Assembly (NCBI RefSeq): GCF_036971445.1
Contig: NC_091473.1
Location: 250,666,001 to 250,730,000 of the forward strand
Origin: Narcine bancroftii
Taxonomy: Eukaryota
Length of the DNA: 64,000 bases
Direction: 5' to 3'
How positions within the stretch are numbered: position 1 is the stretch's first letter; every line of letters starts with the position of its first letter. A model generated the notes under the pieces. The model saw only the letters and a program-made list of their open reading frames with translations, searched no databases and had not been told where the DNA came from. Position numbers and translations under genes: made by a program. Below are positions 35,120 through 47,731 of this stretch, one piece after another.

Positions 35120-35459
35120 CAGTGGTTCTCAACCTTTTTCTATTCACTCACATACCACTTTTAGTAAGGGGTTGCTTAAGGTGGGATGTGAGTGGGAAGG
35201 TAAGCTTGAGAATCATTGCTCTAGACCCATTGTTACTGAAATATTTGGCTTGAGAAAAATTGTCATTGGCCCATTTCCTTTGGAGTTCTGAAACCGTGCA
35301 CATAACAAGTCAATTAGGTACGATTAAAACAGTGCTTTTCAAACTTTTTCTTTCCACCAACATACCATCTTAAGCAATCCCTTACTAATCACAGCATTGA
35401 TGGCATTAGGATTACTTGAAGTAGTATGTTAGTAGAAAGAAAAAGGTTGAGAACCACTG
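35120..35459. mobile_element. hAT MITE, composite of two TIR-bounded units
   Basis: Outer TIR CAGTGGTTCTCAACCTTTTTCT / AGAAAAAGGTTGAGAACCACTG; inner degenerate TIRs ending at 35218 and starting at 35330. Confidence 0.85.
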
Positions 35460-35622
35460 GTTTAACGTGTACTTGATGCTGCACTCCAAGAAGCTCATGA
35501 AATTTCACAAGTTAATCAACTAGTTCCAATGGCATGAAAACCACGACATTTGGAGCTGATGGATTTATTGCAGCCTTCGTCCACCTTCACAACCATTGAG
35601 TTCAGAGTAACTTCATCTGGCT

Positions 35623-38390
35623 AGAAACATAGAAAATAGGTGTAGGAGTAGGCCATTTGGCCCTTCAAGCCAACACTGCCATTCATTATGATAATGGCTG
35701 ATCAGTACCCGGTTCCTGCCTTCTCCCATACCCCCTAGTCCCCTTAGCCACAAGGGCCAAATCTAACCTACACTTAAATATTGACAGGGAACCGGCCTCA
35801 ACTACTTCCTGTGACAAAGAATTCCACACATTTACCACTCTCTGAGAGAAGAAATCTTTCCTCACCTCAGTCCTAAAAAAATTCCCCCTTATCCTTAAAC
35901 TATGGTCCCTGATTTTGGTTTTTCCCAGCATTTGAAACAACTCTCCTGCATCTAGTCTGTCTAAATCCTTAAGAAGTTTATGTTTCTATAAGACCCCCCC
36001 TTCAATCTTCTAAATTCCAGAGAATACATGTCTAGTCTATCCAACCTTTCTTCATATGTGAGTCCCTCCATCCCAAGTATCAGCCTAGTGAACCTTCTCT
36101 GCACCCCCCCCCCCCCGCCCCAAGCAAGGATATCCTTCCTCAGATAAGGCGACCAAAACTGCACACAGTACTCCAGGTGTGGTCTCACCGAGGCCCTGTA
36201 CAGCTGCAGCAGGATCTCCCTACTCCTAGGCTCAAATCCTCTTGCTTTGAATGCCAACCTACCATTCGCCCTCCTCACCGCCTGTTGCACCTGCACGCCC
36301 ACTTTCAACGATTGATGCACAGCAACACCCAAGTTTCTCTGCATCTCTCCTTTTCCTAAACAGATACCATTTAGACAATAGTCTTTCCTGTTCTTACCTC
36401 CAAAGTGGCCCACTCGCATAACTTGTCCAAATCATCCTGCACTCTTCTAGCATCCTCCACACAGCTAACCCTGCCACCCAACTTCGTATTGTCTGCAAAT
36501 GTCGAGATATTGCTATCTATTCCCACATCTAAGTCATTGATGTATATCGTAAACAACTGTGGCCCCAGCACTGAGCTCTGCAATACCCCACTAGTCCACT
36601 GGCTGCCATTCTGAAAGAACCCATTTATTCCTACTCTTTGCTTCCTGTCCCTCAACCAATTCTCTATCCACCTTAATACCATACCACCTATACTGTGCTC
36701 TTTAAGTTTATATGCTAGTCTTCTGTGCAGAACCTTATCAAATGCCTTACTAAAGTCCAGATATACCACATCCACTGGTTCTCCCCTATCCACTCTACTG
36801 GTTACATCCACAAGAAACTATTAGATTCGTCAGACGTGATTTCCCCTTCACAAAACCTTGCTGACTCTGTGCGATGATACCACTACTTTCCAAATGTACT
36901 GCAATTGCATCTTTAATAACCGATTCTAGCACCTTCCCTACTACCAATGTCAAGCTAACTGGTCGGTAGTTTCCCGATTTCTCTCTCCCTCCCTTTTTCC
37001 AATCCTCAGGAACTAATCCAGTATCCAAAGAGGTTGAAGCATTATCTCCAACGCATTCACTATTTCCTGGACTACTTCCTTCAGCTTCTCGGATGCAGAC
37101 TATCTGGCCCCAGGGATTCATCTGCCTCTAATCCCTGCAATTTAACTAATACAACTTCTCGACTTACAATTATTTCCTTTAGTCCCTCCGTCACAATAGA
37201 TCCCCGATCCTCAATAATTTCCTGTAGATTAGTTATGTCTTCCTTGGTGAAGACAGAACTAAAATAGTCATTCAAACAGTCTGCCATATCCTTGTTCCCC
37301 ATGATCAACTCACCTGTTTCTGTCTGCAACAGACCCACATTTGTCTTAACTAACCTCTTTCTCTTAACGTATCTATAAAAGCTTTTACAGTCATTTTTTA
37401 TGTTCCCTGCCAGCTTCCTCTCATAATCCCTTTTACCTTTCCTAATGAATCCTTTTGTCCTCCTCTGCAGAACTCTGAATTTCTACCAATCATCAAGTAT
37501 ATTATTCTTTTTGGCTAATTTTTAAGATCCTTCTTTGGATTTGACACTCTCTCAGATCTCCCTTGTTAGCCATGGATGCGCTACCTTCCTCGATTTATTC
37601 TTCATACAAACTGGGATGTACGTTTTCTGCACTTGCTCCAAGCTATCCTTAAATATTGCCATTGTATTTGTATAAGTGAAATAGTGAATGCGTTGGTGAT
37701 AATGCTTCAACCTCTTTGGATACTGGATTAGATCCTGAGGATTGGAGGGTGGCCAACGTAACTCCACTCTTTAAAAAGGGAGGGAGAGAGAAATCGGGAA
37801 ACTACTGACCAGTTAGCTTGACATTGGTAGTAGGGAAGGTGCTAGAATCGATTATTAAAGATGCAATTGCAGTACATTTGGAAAGTAGTGGTATCATCGC
37901 ACAGAGTCAGCAAGGTTTTGTGAAGGGGAAATCACGTCTGACGAATCTAATAGTTTCTTGTGGATGTAACCAGTAGAGTGGATAGGGGAGAACCAGTGGA
38001 TGTGGTACATCTGGACTTTAGTAAGGCATTTGATAAGGTTCCGCACAGAAGACTAGCATATAAACTTAAAGAGCACATTGTTAGTCCTTTAAGTACCATT
38101 TGCCAATCTATCTTAGCCAATTCACATCTCATACCATCAAACTCTTCAAGTTCAAAACCTTTGTATCCATATCAACTCTGTCACATTCCATCCTAATGAA
38201 GAATTCCACATATTGTGGTCATTCTTGCCCAAGGGGTTCTTCACAACAAGATTGCTAATTAACCCTTCTCCATTAATCAATACCCAGTTTAGAATGGCTC
38301 GTTCCCTCATTGGTTCCTCAACATGCTGATTTAGAAAACAATCCCACGTACATTCTAAGAAATCCTCTTCAACCTTACCCTTACCAATGC
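35623..38390 (-). mobile_element. Long CR1/HER1 LINE (endonuclease end to 3' UTR), decayed
   Basis: PLGKNDHN, NYRPVSLT, YLDFSKAFDKV, FADNTKLGG, RPHLEYCVQFWSP, FFSQRVV in the correct order on the minus strand. Confidence 0.93.
37678..38077 (+). repeat. Inverted duplicate of 36694-37066 inserted inside the same CR1
   Basis: Near-identical reverse complement; differs by a few substitutions and one 27-bp indel. Confidence 0.92.
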
Positions 38391-38703
38391 CTGTTCCACC
38401 ATTGAGGACTTGGTTGGATTGTTTTTTGTCAGGGACTTCACCTTCGACCTTACTGCCATGGGTGAGCATACCAGGAGCAGAGCTCCAGACTGCATCACTG
38501 TCGAAATCTCAGAAGCACATAAGGTTCTCCACCATGGCAAGGTGACAATCAATGCAGAAGTATCAACACATAGCTGTTAGCTGAAGACAATACTTTTCAA
38601 CTTGCCTGGCGTTTTTATATTTTGCATGTTGAATTTTGTTAAGAATTATAGACACCATTAAAATTTCTTGAGTTGGACTGTTGAGGAAGGATTAGTTCTG
38701 GTT

Positions 38704-39365
38704 TGAAACACAAAAATCTGCAGACGCTGTGATTGTAGTAAAACGCAAAAATGCTGGAGGAACTCAGCAAGTCTCACAGCATCCATAGGAGGTTAAGATA
38801 CATAACCAATGTTTTGGGTCCTTTGTCAAGGTATGAGCAAAAAGAAAGCAAGTGCCTGAATAAAAAGGTTGGGAAGAAAGGGGAAGGGGAGGAGCACAGG
38901 CCAACACACATAAGGTGATAAATGGATAGGTAGGAGGGTAGGAGAGGAAAGGTGAGAATTGATTGTGGGGGTGGGGGGGATTGGGGTTGGCCCCATGAAT
39001 GGAGAGATGGAGGAAAGGATACAGAGGGAAAAGGATAGGGGGAGAGACAGAGCTAGAGAAAAGGAGAAATAGGGACAGGGGAAGGGGAGAGATGAGAGGT
39101 GAGGGTGCTAAAAGAAACCGGTTAATGGCATCCAGTTGGAGGATGTCCAGATGGAATATGAGGTGTTGTTCCTTCGGTTTGTGGATGGGCTCAGTCTGGC
39201 AGTGCATGACACCATAGATAAACGTGTCAGCCTGGGAAAGGTGCAGGGAACTGATATGGGTTGCCACTGGGAGATCCCTGCTATTGCAGTGAATAGAGCC
39301 TAGATGTGGAACAAAATGTACTCCCAGTCTGCGTGCAATATTTCCAATGTAGAGGAAACCACAAC
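38704..39365 (-). mobile_element. Penelope-like remnant with GIY-YIG domain
   Basis: Minus strand GFLYIGNIARRLG...DLPVATH...EQHLIFHLDILQLDAIN, UTR and family tail. Confidence 0.85.
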
Positions 39366-39491
39366 GAAGCTTTCATAGTGAGATAGCATGGTTACAATCT
39401 AATGTACACATTCCAACTAATTAAAGGTTACCGATTCTCTGGGTGAAATTATACATTAAAAAATCTGCATACCTATGAACTAAGAATTCAC

Positions 39492-39670
39492 ACACACCAA
39501 AATGCTGGAGGAACTCAGCCGGTCTTTCAACGTCCACAGGAGACCAAGATATATTGCTGACATTTCGGGCTTGAGCCTTTCTTCAAGGGCTACTAAAAGA
39601 CCAGCTGCGTTCCTCCAGCATTTTGGTGTGTTTTTACTACATTCACCATTTCTGCAGACTTTCATGTTTC
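39492..39670. mobile_element. Short Penelope-derived insertion with inverted 5' part and 13-bp TSD
   Basis: ACTAAGAATTCAC at 39479-39491 and 39671-39683; 36-bp inverted arms 39492-39527 / 39596-39631. Confidence 0.88.
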
Positions 39671-40920
39671 ACTAAGAATTCACGCGTCTAATGACAGTTT
39701 GTTCTGAGTCGTCACAATAGAATTGGCTTTGGTGGCCAGATCTATAGCTTCCTCCCTCACATGCCATTTTCAGCATTTACCATTATTTATAATGAGGTAT
39801 AATTTTATCAGGCATCTGCTGGAATGAGTCAAAATTCAGCCGTTTTCGAAAAGCAACCGATTTCAAAGACCGGGCCTAACTGATACTGCATCACCAGCTG
39901 TCTCAACTTTGCCAACCTCCTCATTTCGGTAAACAACATTTATTCTTAGGCTAGTTATTAATTTTAAAATTGATTGATTTTTAAATTAAGGTTATCTTTA
40001 ATGGAATAGAAATGGGATTAAGTCTAAATCAACCGTGATCTCATTGAATGGGCATAGAGACTTGCAGCTAAATGTCCTTCTTTGGTCTCGGAATAAGATA
40101 ATTAATTTTCCTTAACCAGGTGACAGACTAAGTAAGCACAATCATTTCTTAAGAGGTCCGATTCCACTTGGAGAGCAGGCGATGGGGACATAACCATCAG
40201 GAGAGTGGAGATATAGATTGAAGTAGAGAGGAGTGATGTGAAAACAGGCTGGAGTTTGAGGGTGTTGCTGAGATTGATGGAATTGGGGTACCTGTGAGCA
40301 GACAGAAGTATTTTCCTCAGGTCTACTAGGTCAGTGCTGCAAGAATAAGTCCGTTGGAGGTGAGAGGTGTTGCATTAAAGCCAGTTAAATTGGGGCTGGA
40401 CATACTTGGGGAACAGTAGGCATTTGGGGAATCAAGATTTCTTTATTGTCATGTAATTGTACAGAACATGTAATATTGCACGATATTTTCTTCTGCCTGC
40501 TGTAAGGCATACAAAGAGTTATCATTAGTATTGCCCAGGTCCCCTTACAGTAAGAGAGAAGGAAAAACAAAAGAGAATCCTTTTAGAGTCACTGTGTGCC
40601 CATGGATTGTCCTCCAGCACTTCCACAGCCTCTGCAGCCACACAGAGGATTCATCGTCAACCCGAGCTCCAATTCAGGTGCTGCCGTCTTGGGCACAAAC
40701 CTCTGGCGGCTCTTTTAAAGCCTGTACTGAGCTGCTGGCATTAGGACAGGGTGGTTGAACCATTCAGAGCAGCGCTGTGTCTCTGCTATCCCGGGTCCGC
40801 ACCAGTGGTAGCACTACCATCACAGCAGCTTCGGCAGTGTTGCTTTTTTTTAAGTTTGGAATGTTGTTGAACAGAGTGACTTAGGGGTGAAATAAATTGA
40901 TGAAGTACTTTGACAAAGTG

Positions 40921-41060
40921 CCTTGGTGAAGGGCTCAAGCCCAAAAACACTGGTGATACACCTTGATCTTTGCTGTGTAAAGGACACTGTTTGACTTGCT
41001 GAGTTTCTCCAGCATCGTGTTTTTACCTCAACCACGGTGTCTGCAGACTTTCATGTTTTA
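40921..41060 (+). mobile_element. Short Penelope-derived insertion
   Basis: CCTTGGTGAAGGGCTCAAGCCC...CTTTCATGTTTTAC; ACAAAGTG on both sides may be a TSD; sits inside a CR1 remnant. Confidence 0.75.
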
Positions 41061-41799
41061 CAAAGTGACTTGGGGGTACAGGTACATAGTCCCATGAAAG
41101 TGGTGACATAGTGAGGCAGGGTGATGAAGAAGGCTTTTGGCATGCTTGCTTTTATCAGTCAAGGCACTGAGTACAGGAGCAAAAGACCATAACACAAATG
41201 AGCCTGCACTTGGAGAATTGTGCATTTTTGATCACCCAGCTACAGAAAAGATATTGTTGAGCTGGTAAGGATGAAAAAAAGACTCATGAGAATGTTGCCA
41301 GGATGGGTAGGAGAGGAGAGGCTGGCTAGGCTAGTATTTTTTATCCTGGAGTGTAAGTGGACCTAATATAGGCTTATAAAATCATGAAAGGGCAAAATAA
41401 GGCCATTAGTCAGAACCAATGGTGTTTTGGTGAGTTGCTTTAATGCTTTTTGTAGATGATGCCACAGAGTGCTGTAAATGAGGGAAACAAATGATAGACA
41501 GATGAGACCACTCAGAAGAGTGGGATAGTTTTAATTCTTATAATTTCATGCAAATTTAAATAACTGCCGCAAAAAAGGCAACTAAGCCAAACCAGTCCTT
41601 GCCAGCATTGACAAGTGATGTTGATAAGCTTGGGCCCGACAGATGGAATACAATGTGGCAAAAATTTGAGGTTGTCCACCTTGGTAAAAGAAATAGAGAG
41701 GGACAAAAAGTGTTCATGTTCAGAGGGATCTTCAGAGGTGACCTTCTACACAAGTCAGAAAGGTAAAGTAGTTCTCATTGGTGAGGGAGACTAGAACTG

Positions 41800-42325
41800 G
41801 TCGCCTAATTATAGGAAGGATATAAACAGAGTGGAGAGAGTGCAGAGAAGGTTTACCAGAATGTTGCCTGGGTTTAAGCATCTGGAGTATGGGGAGAGAT
41901 TGGACAGATTGGGTCTTTATTCTTTGGAGCGTAGAAGGTTGAGAGGGGATTTGATAGAAGTATTTAAGATTATGAAAGGGATAGACAGAGTGGATGTGGA
42001 TAGACTATTTCCGTTAAGAGGAGGAAAGATTAAAACAAGAGGACATGAGTTAAGAATTAAGGGGCAGAGGTTTAGAGGTAACATGAGGGGGAACTTCTTT
42101 ACTCAGAGAGTGGTAGCTGTGTGGAATGATCTTCCGGGAGAAATAGTGGCGGCGGAGTCAATTGTATTATTTAAGAAAAGGTTGGACAGGTATATGGATG
42201 AGAGGAAGATGGAGGGTTATGGGCATTGTGCAGGGAGGTGGGATTAGAAAGGGGTGTTTGGTTCGGTGCGGACTAGAAGGGCCTAATGGCCTGTTTCCGT
42301 GCTGTAATTGTTGTTATTATTATTA
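41800..42325 (+). mobile_element. Young CR1 3' end nested in an older CR1 (about 41630-42600)
   Basis: ERVQRRFTRMLPG...GRWD, (TTA)n tail; the host CR1 resumes at about 42326. Confidence 0.88.
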
Positions 42326-42825
42326 TCGCCTCAAGATCCAAGGTAGGAGATGAGGAGGAACTGCTTTTCCCAGAGGGCAGTGAATCTATGGAATTTGCTG
42401 CCCATTGAAGCAGTGGAGATGACCTCAGTAAATATATTTGACAGGTTGGATAGATTTTTACAGAGTAGGGGAATTAAGGGAGATGGGGGAAAAGGCAGGT
42501 GGGTGGAGATGAGTCGATCATCATCAGCCATGGACTCATTGAATGACAGAGCAGGCTCGACGGGCTGGATGGCCTTCTCCTGCTCCTCATGTTCTTGTGT
42601 AATGTGAAGATATAGGAAGTAATTGCGACACCAAATGGTCCATTAGCTTTTATTGCCACAGAGAATTAGTACAAGATTAGAAATGTTTTACAGCAAATAC
42701 ATAAAGCCCTGGTGAAATGACACCTGCAACATTGTATTCTGGACCAGTCTTCCGGTGGTTCTTCTATTTGTTATGTGAAATATTGCCTTACCTCCCACTT
42801 ATTTTCTGAATTGAACTTAACTGCC

Positions 42826-44298
42826 CAATATACTTGTGTCGATCTGTAAAAGTCGACCCCCTATTTTTGGCCAAAAAATCTGGAATTTTCCATGTATCTC
42901 ATTTAAAGGTCTCATCTCGGCCATGGCTGCCCACAGACTGAAGCTCCCAATGGGGTCACATACCCGGCCACCTGCCCAAAGGAACACCCAACACCTTGGT
43001 GGCAAAGTCTCACTTTGTTCCCTACTGCCCGCAGGCTGGAGCTCCCAACATCTTCAATGCGGATTTCCCACCCAGTCCCAGTTGCCCACAGACAGGACCC
43101 CTTGACGTCTCCCAATGATGTAGATACTTGCCACAGTCCAGACCTCCCCTGTACTGCTGTCCATGCAGGCTCCCCCGCCAGTTCCCACACCAACCTCAAC
43201 CTCCACAAGGCTGACATCACTGCTGGATGCCACAGGCTCATTCCCTCCACACCCTCCCCCACAACTCCTTACCCTTCCCTATGCCCTCACATCTCTCCCT
43301 AGTCAACCCCCATCTCCTTCTTTGAGCTCCCTCTTTCTTCCCTCCATCCCCCACCCAACACTGTGTTTTTACTTCATTTACAGTGTCTATAGACTTTCGT
43401 GTCTTACTCATGGTTTTTGTTTCTTGGTAGGACGTGTACAGACGTGTATCAGCGTGTACAGAGCCGTTGTCATACCGATGCTCCTGTTCGGCTCCGAATC
43501 ATGGGTCCTCTACCAGCATCACCTATGGCTCCTAGAACGCTTCCATCAGTGCTGTCTCCGCTCCATCCTCAACATTCATTGGAGTGACTTCATCACCAAC
43601 ATCGAAGTACTCGAGCTGGCAGAGTCCGCAAGCATCGAATCCACGCTGCCGAAGACCCAACTGCGTTGGGTGGGTCACGTCTCCAGAATGGAGGACCATC
43701 GCCTTCCCAAGATCGTGTTCTATGGCGAGCTCTCCACTGGCCACCGAGACAGAGGTACACCAAAGAAGAGGTACAAGGACTGCTTAAAGAAATCTCTTGG
43801 TGCCTGCCACATTGACCACCGCCAGTGGGCTGATATCGCCTCCAACCGTGCATCTTGGTGCCTCACAGTTTGGCGGGCAGCAACCTCCTTTGAAGAAGAC
43901 CACAGAGCCCACCTCACTGACAAAAGACAAAGGAGGAAAAACCCAACACCCAACCCCAACCAACCAATTTTCCCCTGCAGCCGCTGCAACCGTGTCTGCC
44001 TGTCTCGCATCGGACTTGTCAGTCACCAATGAGCCTGCAGCAGATGTGGACACACCCTCCATAAATCTTCGTCCGCGAAGCCAAGTGAAAGAGAAAGAGG
44101 ACTTGTGTTGACTTTAATTCATTGTGTTTTCGTTCTTTATTCGTTAAGACATCATTTGAACTTCTGCAACTGATATAGTCCTTGGATTCTAACATGAACT
44201 TCAGCCCCTCAAAAATAGTATCCATGTAATAGTCGACCTCATAAATTTAAGATTAAAAAATGGTCAAGAAAATTTGACTTATACAGAAGTATATACAG
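42826..44298. mobile_element. Tc1/pogo-type non-autonomous element with nested RTE
   Basis: Degenerate TIRs ATATACTTGTGT...AAGTCGAC / TTGACTTATACAGAAGTATATACAG-TA and subterminal AGTCGACC repeats. Confidence 0.55.
43448..44098 (+). mobile_element. RTE-clade LINE 3' fragment
   Basis: ISVYRAVVIPMLLFGSESW...FPCSRCNRVCLSRIGLVSHQ and the family 3' terminus. Confidence 0.92.
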
Positions 44299-45479
44299 TA
44301 GTTGTCTATTTTGCTATTAGTTCCACATTCTTTAATCAAACAATTAAAGTCCAAAAAGCTGGATGCCAGAAATCCAGTCCACCCAGGCGTCCGGACTTCT
44401 CGAAAACTCATCTAAAATCCAGTCCACCCAAGAGTCTGGACCTCTTGAAAACACTCGGTTTTTGCTTGCGTGCATGTGTAAGCGCCACAGATGTACAGCA
44501 GCAACAAGCAACCAAGCGGAAATGTAAGAAATAAATATTTATTTGTTTTGTTGTACTTTGTATTTTATTTGAGGAAATGTTTCATGAAGAAACTATTAAC
44601 ATTTATCTGTTTATTCTCAGTAAATTTGAATTTTAAAAGTACTGCCCGAGAATCCGGAAAATCTGAAGTGACTCAATCCCCAAGCAGACTGGAGTTTAGG
44701 ATTTTTACTGTATTAATTTATTATGAGTTTCCTTAATGACATCCTTTGAAAATCTAGACAAATTATATCTCTTTCTATGCTATTGTAACTCTCTCTATTG
44801 CCTCTGAACATGTAAGAAGATTGGTTGGGCAAGATATTCCCTTCTGAAATTCATCATTCTGGGTTCATTGTTATACCATTTAGTTTCTAGAAAATGTTCT
44901 TTTCGGAAAAATGTTTCGAATCATACGAATTTTCTATTTCATAGTTAAAATTACAGAAGGAAAAATGCCTCATTTATATTGACAATAATTTGCCAGGATT
45001 AAATATGAATAGGTACCCGCCAGTTTACAGTTGAAGATAACCAACAACCATGTAAAATCTGAATGGAAACTTGCCCTTTCCCTGTGCGCTGCATCATGTG
45101 GTGCTCTATGTTCATTCGTCAATTGCTGAGGCGTAGTTATCAGTGTCCTGCCATTCTTTAAATCCAGCAGTGGCATCTGCTGTCAGCACATTTATATCTC
45201 CCCAGCTCTTGTAGCAATCAAAGAGTTTCCCTCTGTGCCCTATCACATAAAGGAAGTAATTTGTGATTGTATCACAGGTGTGTCTCAGCTTGAAGAAACA
45301 TTATTACCGGGTTGCTTATCAGTACAAATGGGATTTGTCGAACAGATTAAACAGACACCTCTATTTCCCAAATACGTTTACTTTCTTGCCAGATGGTTAA
45401 ATGAAAAAAAATCAAAGCAACACTGGCTTAGGAATTCTAATGCATAACTCATCATTTTTGTGTCTTGTATTTAAATCTT

Positions 45480-45920
45480 TCCCTCTACCACGATCAACAC
45501 AGCCCTTACCCGTATATCCTCCATTACTCCTGAATCTGCCCTAGTCCCTTCTGCTCCCATGTGCAACAAGGACAGGATTTCCCTTGTCCTCACCACCTCA
45601 CCAGCCTTTGTATCCAACACTTCCTCCTCCACCATTTCTGCTACCTACTAGACACAGGGTTAGGGTTAGGGTTAGGGTTCCTTCTGTCTCCTTTTGCAGA
45701 GCCAAAATCAATTTTCACCTCTCCTCTTATCATATCCAATTAACACCTTTTTTTGGTCTGGACTCCTACCCCAGCCAGACTTCAGTCTTTATTCTGACGC
45801 CTTCCTGTTCTTTGCTTATTCCTTGAAGTAGGGCTCAGGCCCAAAATGTCGGTAATATATCATTTCCTCCCATGGACGGTGTGAGACCAGCTGAATTCCT
45901 GCAGTAATTCTGTGTGTTTT
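45480..45920 (+). mobile_element. Penelope-like remnant with internal deletion
   Basis: KDRI.LVLT...TSL.IQH..LHHF-type segment, then UTR, TTGAAGTAGGGCTCAGGCCCAAAATGTCGG motif and tail. Confidence 0.75.
45656..45679 (+). repeat. Interstitial telomeric sequence (AGGGTT)4
   Basis: 24 bp perfect. Confidence 0.9.
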
Positions 45921-46451
45921 TAATGTATTTAAATCACAACTATTAAATTGGGTTGTGTTCTCTGCACAAAGCATGCTTCTTTGAATGGAATTTGAAGTAC
46001 TTCATTTAACACCTGTTCCTTCCAACAAAGTGCATTGGGAAAACAGCATCAATCCCACAATTTCTCACTGTGAAGGTGCAGGACTTTCATTGTGGGAGGA
46101 GGCCTTCAGAAATCAATGACTGTATCTCCAAAATGGCTGAAATACCACAAACTTTTCTGGGCTATAGCCAGGAGCCCAAATGGGCAGCTTTTCCTTCAAC
46201 ATGCACAGTATATCATGTTATATACTTGCAGCAAGACAACAATTTCAGCAAGCAAGCTTTGTACTTAAACATTAATGTGCTTAATGACAGAACCTCAAAA
46301 GATTGTGTGGAAATTGAACTTCTTTCAGATGTTTTCTTAGGCATTTCTTCAGGGACAGGGAAGAGTTGTTTCTGCTCCAGGTTCGGATCATTTTGGTCAG
46401 TTCCATTCTCTAGTATGAAACTCAAGCCACACTTACCGGGACCAGATGCAA

Positions 46452-46670
46452 AGTTCAAAGTTCAGATTTATTGTCAGAGTACATACATGACATCACACAT
46501 AACCTCGAGATTCCTTTTTCCTGTGGCCCAGGCAGAATTTCAACTTGTCAATAGTGCAAAAAAACGGTTTGCAAGAAAAGATATGTATACAAAAGAGAGA
46601 AATGTAAAGAAAGAAATGTAAACAAACTGTGTAAAACAGAAAATAAATATTCAATGATAAATACTGTGCA
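46452..46670 (-). mobile_element. Rex/Babar 3' tail
   Basis: TTCAGATTTATTGTCAGAGTACATA is the reverse complement of the tail at about 25315-25338. Confidence 0.7.
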
Positions 46671-46884
46671 ATAAAGGGTTTCTCTTGTTGACTTTCTACA
46701 CTTGGGGGGGGGGGGGCTATTGCAAACACTGAATAATGACTGTGACCCAGGAAGTGGAGAGAGGAAGCCCTGCTCCTTAACTGTCCCACTGGCCTTTGAG
46801 ATTGGGAATGTGGGAGGCAGAACTTGACCTTCTTCCAAAGCTGTCAGTGAGTTTTAAACTTTTTTGAAATGTAGGCAGTCATGA

Positions 46885-47380
46885 TAGAAATAGAAAATAG
46901 GAGCCTGCAATTATGATCATGGCTGACTATGTAATTACAGGACCATATTGGTCCTTTCTCAACTGTAACCCTTGATTCCATTTACCAATAGGCCCACATC
47001 CAACTCCTTTTGAATATATTTCTATCAAACTGGCCTCAAGAATTTTCTGTGTTAGGGAGTTCCACAAGTTCACAATTCTCTGAGTGAAAACATTTCTACC
47101 CATCTCAGTCCTAAATGACTTGACCCTATCCTTGGACAGTGGCCACATCTCGGCTTTCCCAACATTGGGAACATTCTTCCTGCATCTGACCTGTCTGGTC
47201 CTGTCAGAATTTTATACGACTCAATTAGATCTCCTCTCATTCCTCTTAATCCCAATGAGTATGACCCTTGTCTATCCAGTCTTTCTTCTGCTACCTCAGG
47301 AGTCATTCTGATGTGCCTTTGATTCACCTCTTCAAGAGCAGGAATATCTTTCCTCAGGTCAGGAGAGCAAGAGTGCATGC
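46885..47380 (-). mobile_element. CR1 3' fragment
   Basis: SPDLRKDI...RGDLIESYKIL...FTQRIVNLWNSL. Confidence 0.85.
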
Positions 47381-47731
47381 CATGAACTGAGAGAATTCCT
47401 GGATTGGAGGTGGTCTCAGAAATAAGAAAAGGTGAAGTTCAGACAGGTTTCAACCATTTGCAAATAGGCCTGATATATTGAGATTTTCTAAGACACTTTT
47501 GTTGCAAGTGAAAACCAAATGAATTGTTTAGGCCAACTTCTCATGGGAACAGAAATATAATTAGTTGGGTAACTAAGCAAATATACAAGATAGTTAACAT
47601 CATAACCAAACTAACTGGGTTTAAAATCCCTTCTTTGTTTATTACCTCCATCTGTTGAATGTTTTGAGTATTGCAGTCCAATAAATTTCTAAATCTAAAT
47701 ATCTGTATAATGTCTGACTTTTGAATGGTTT

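Noticed and set aside
43163-44032. 289-aa ORF as a possible domesticated gene
   Set aside because: Chance fusion of low-complexity sequence with an RTE 3' fragment; non-ATG-like context and no RT core.
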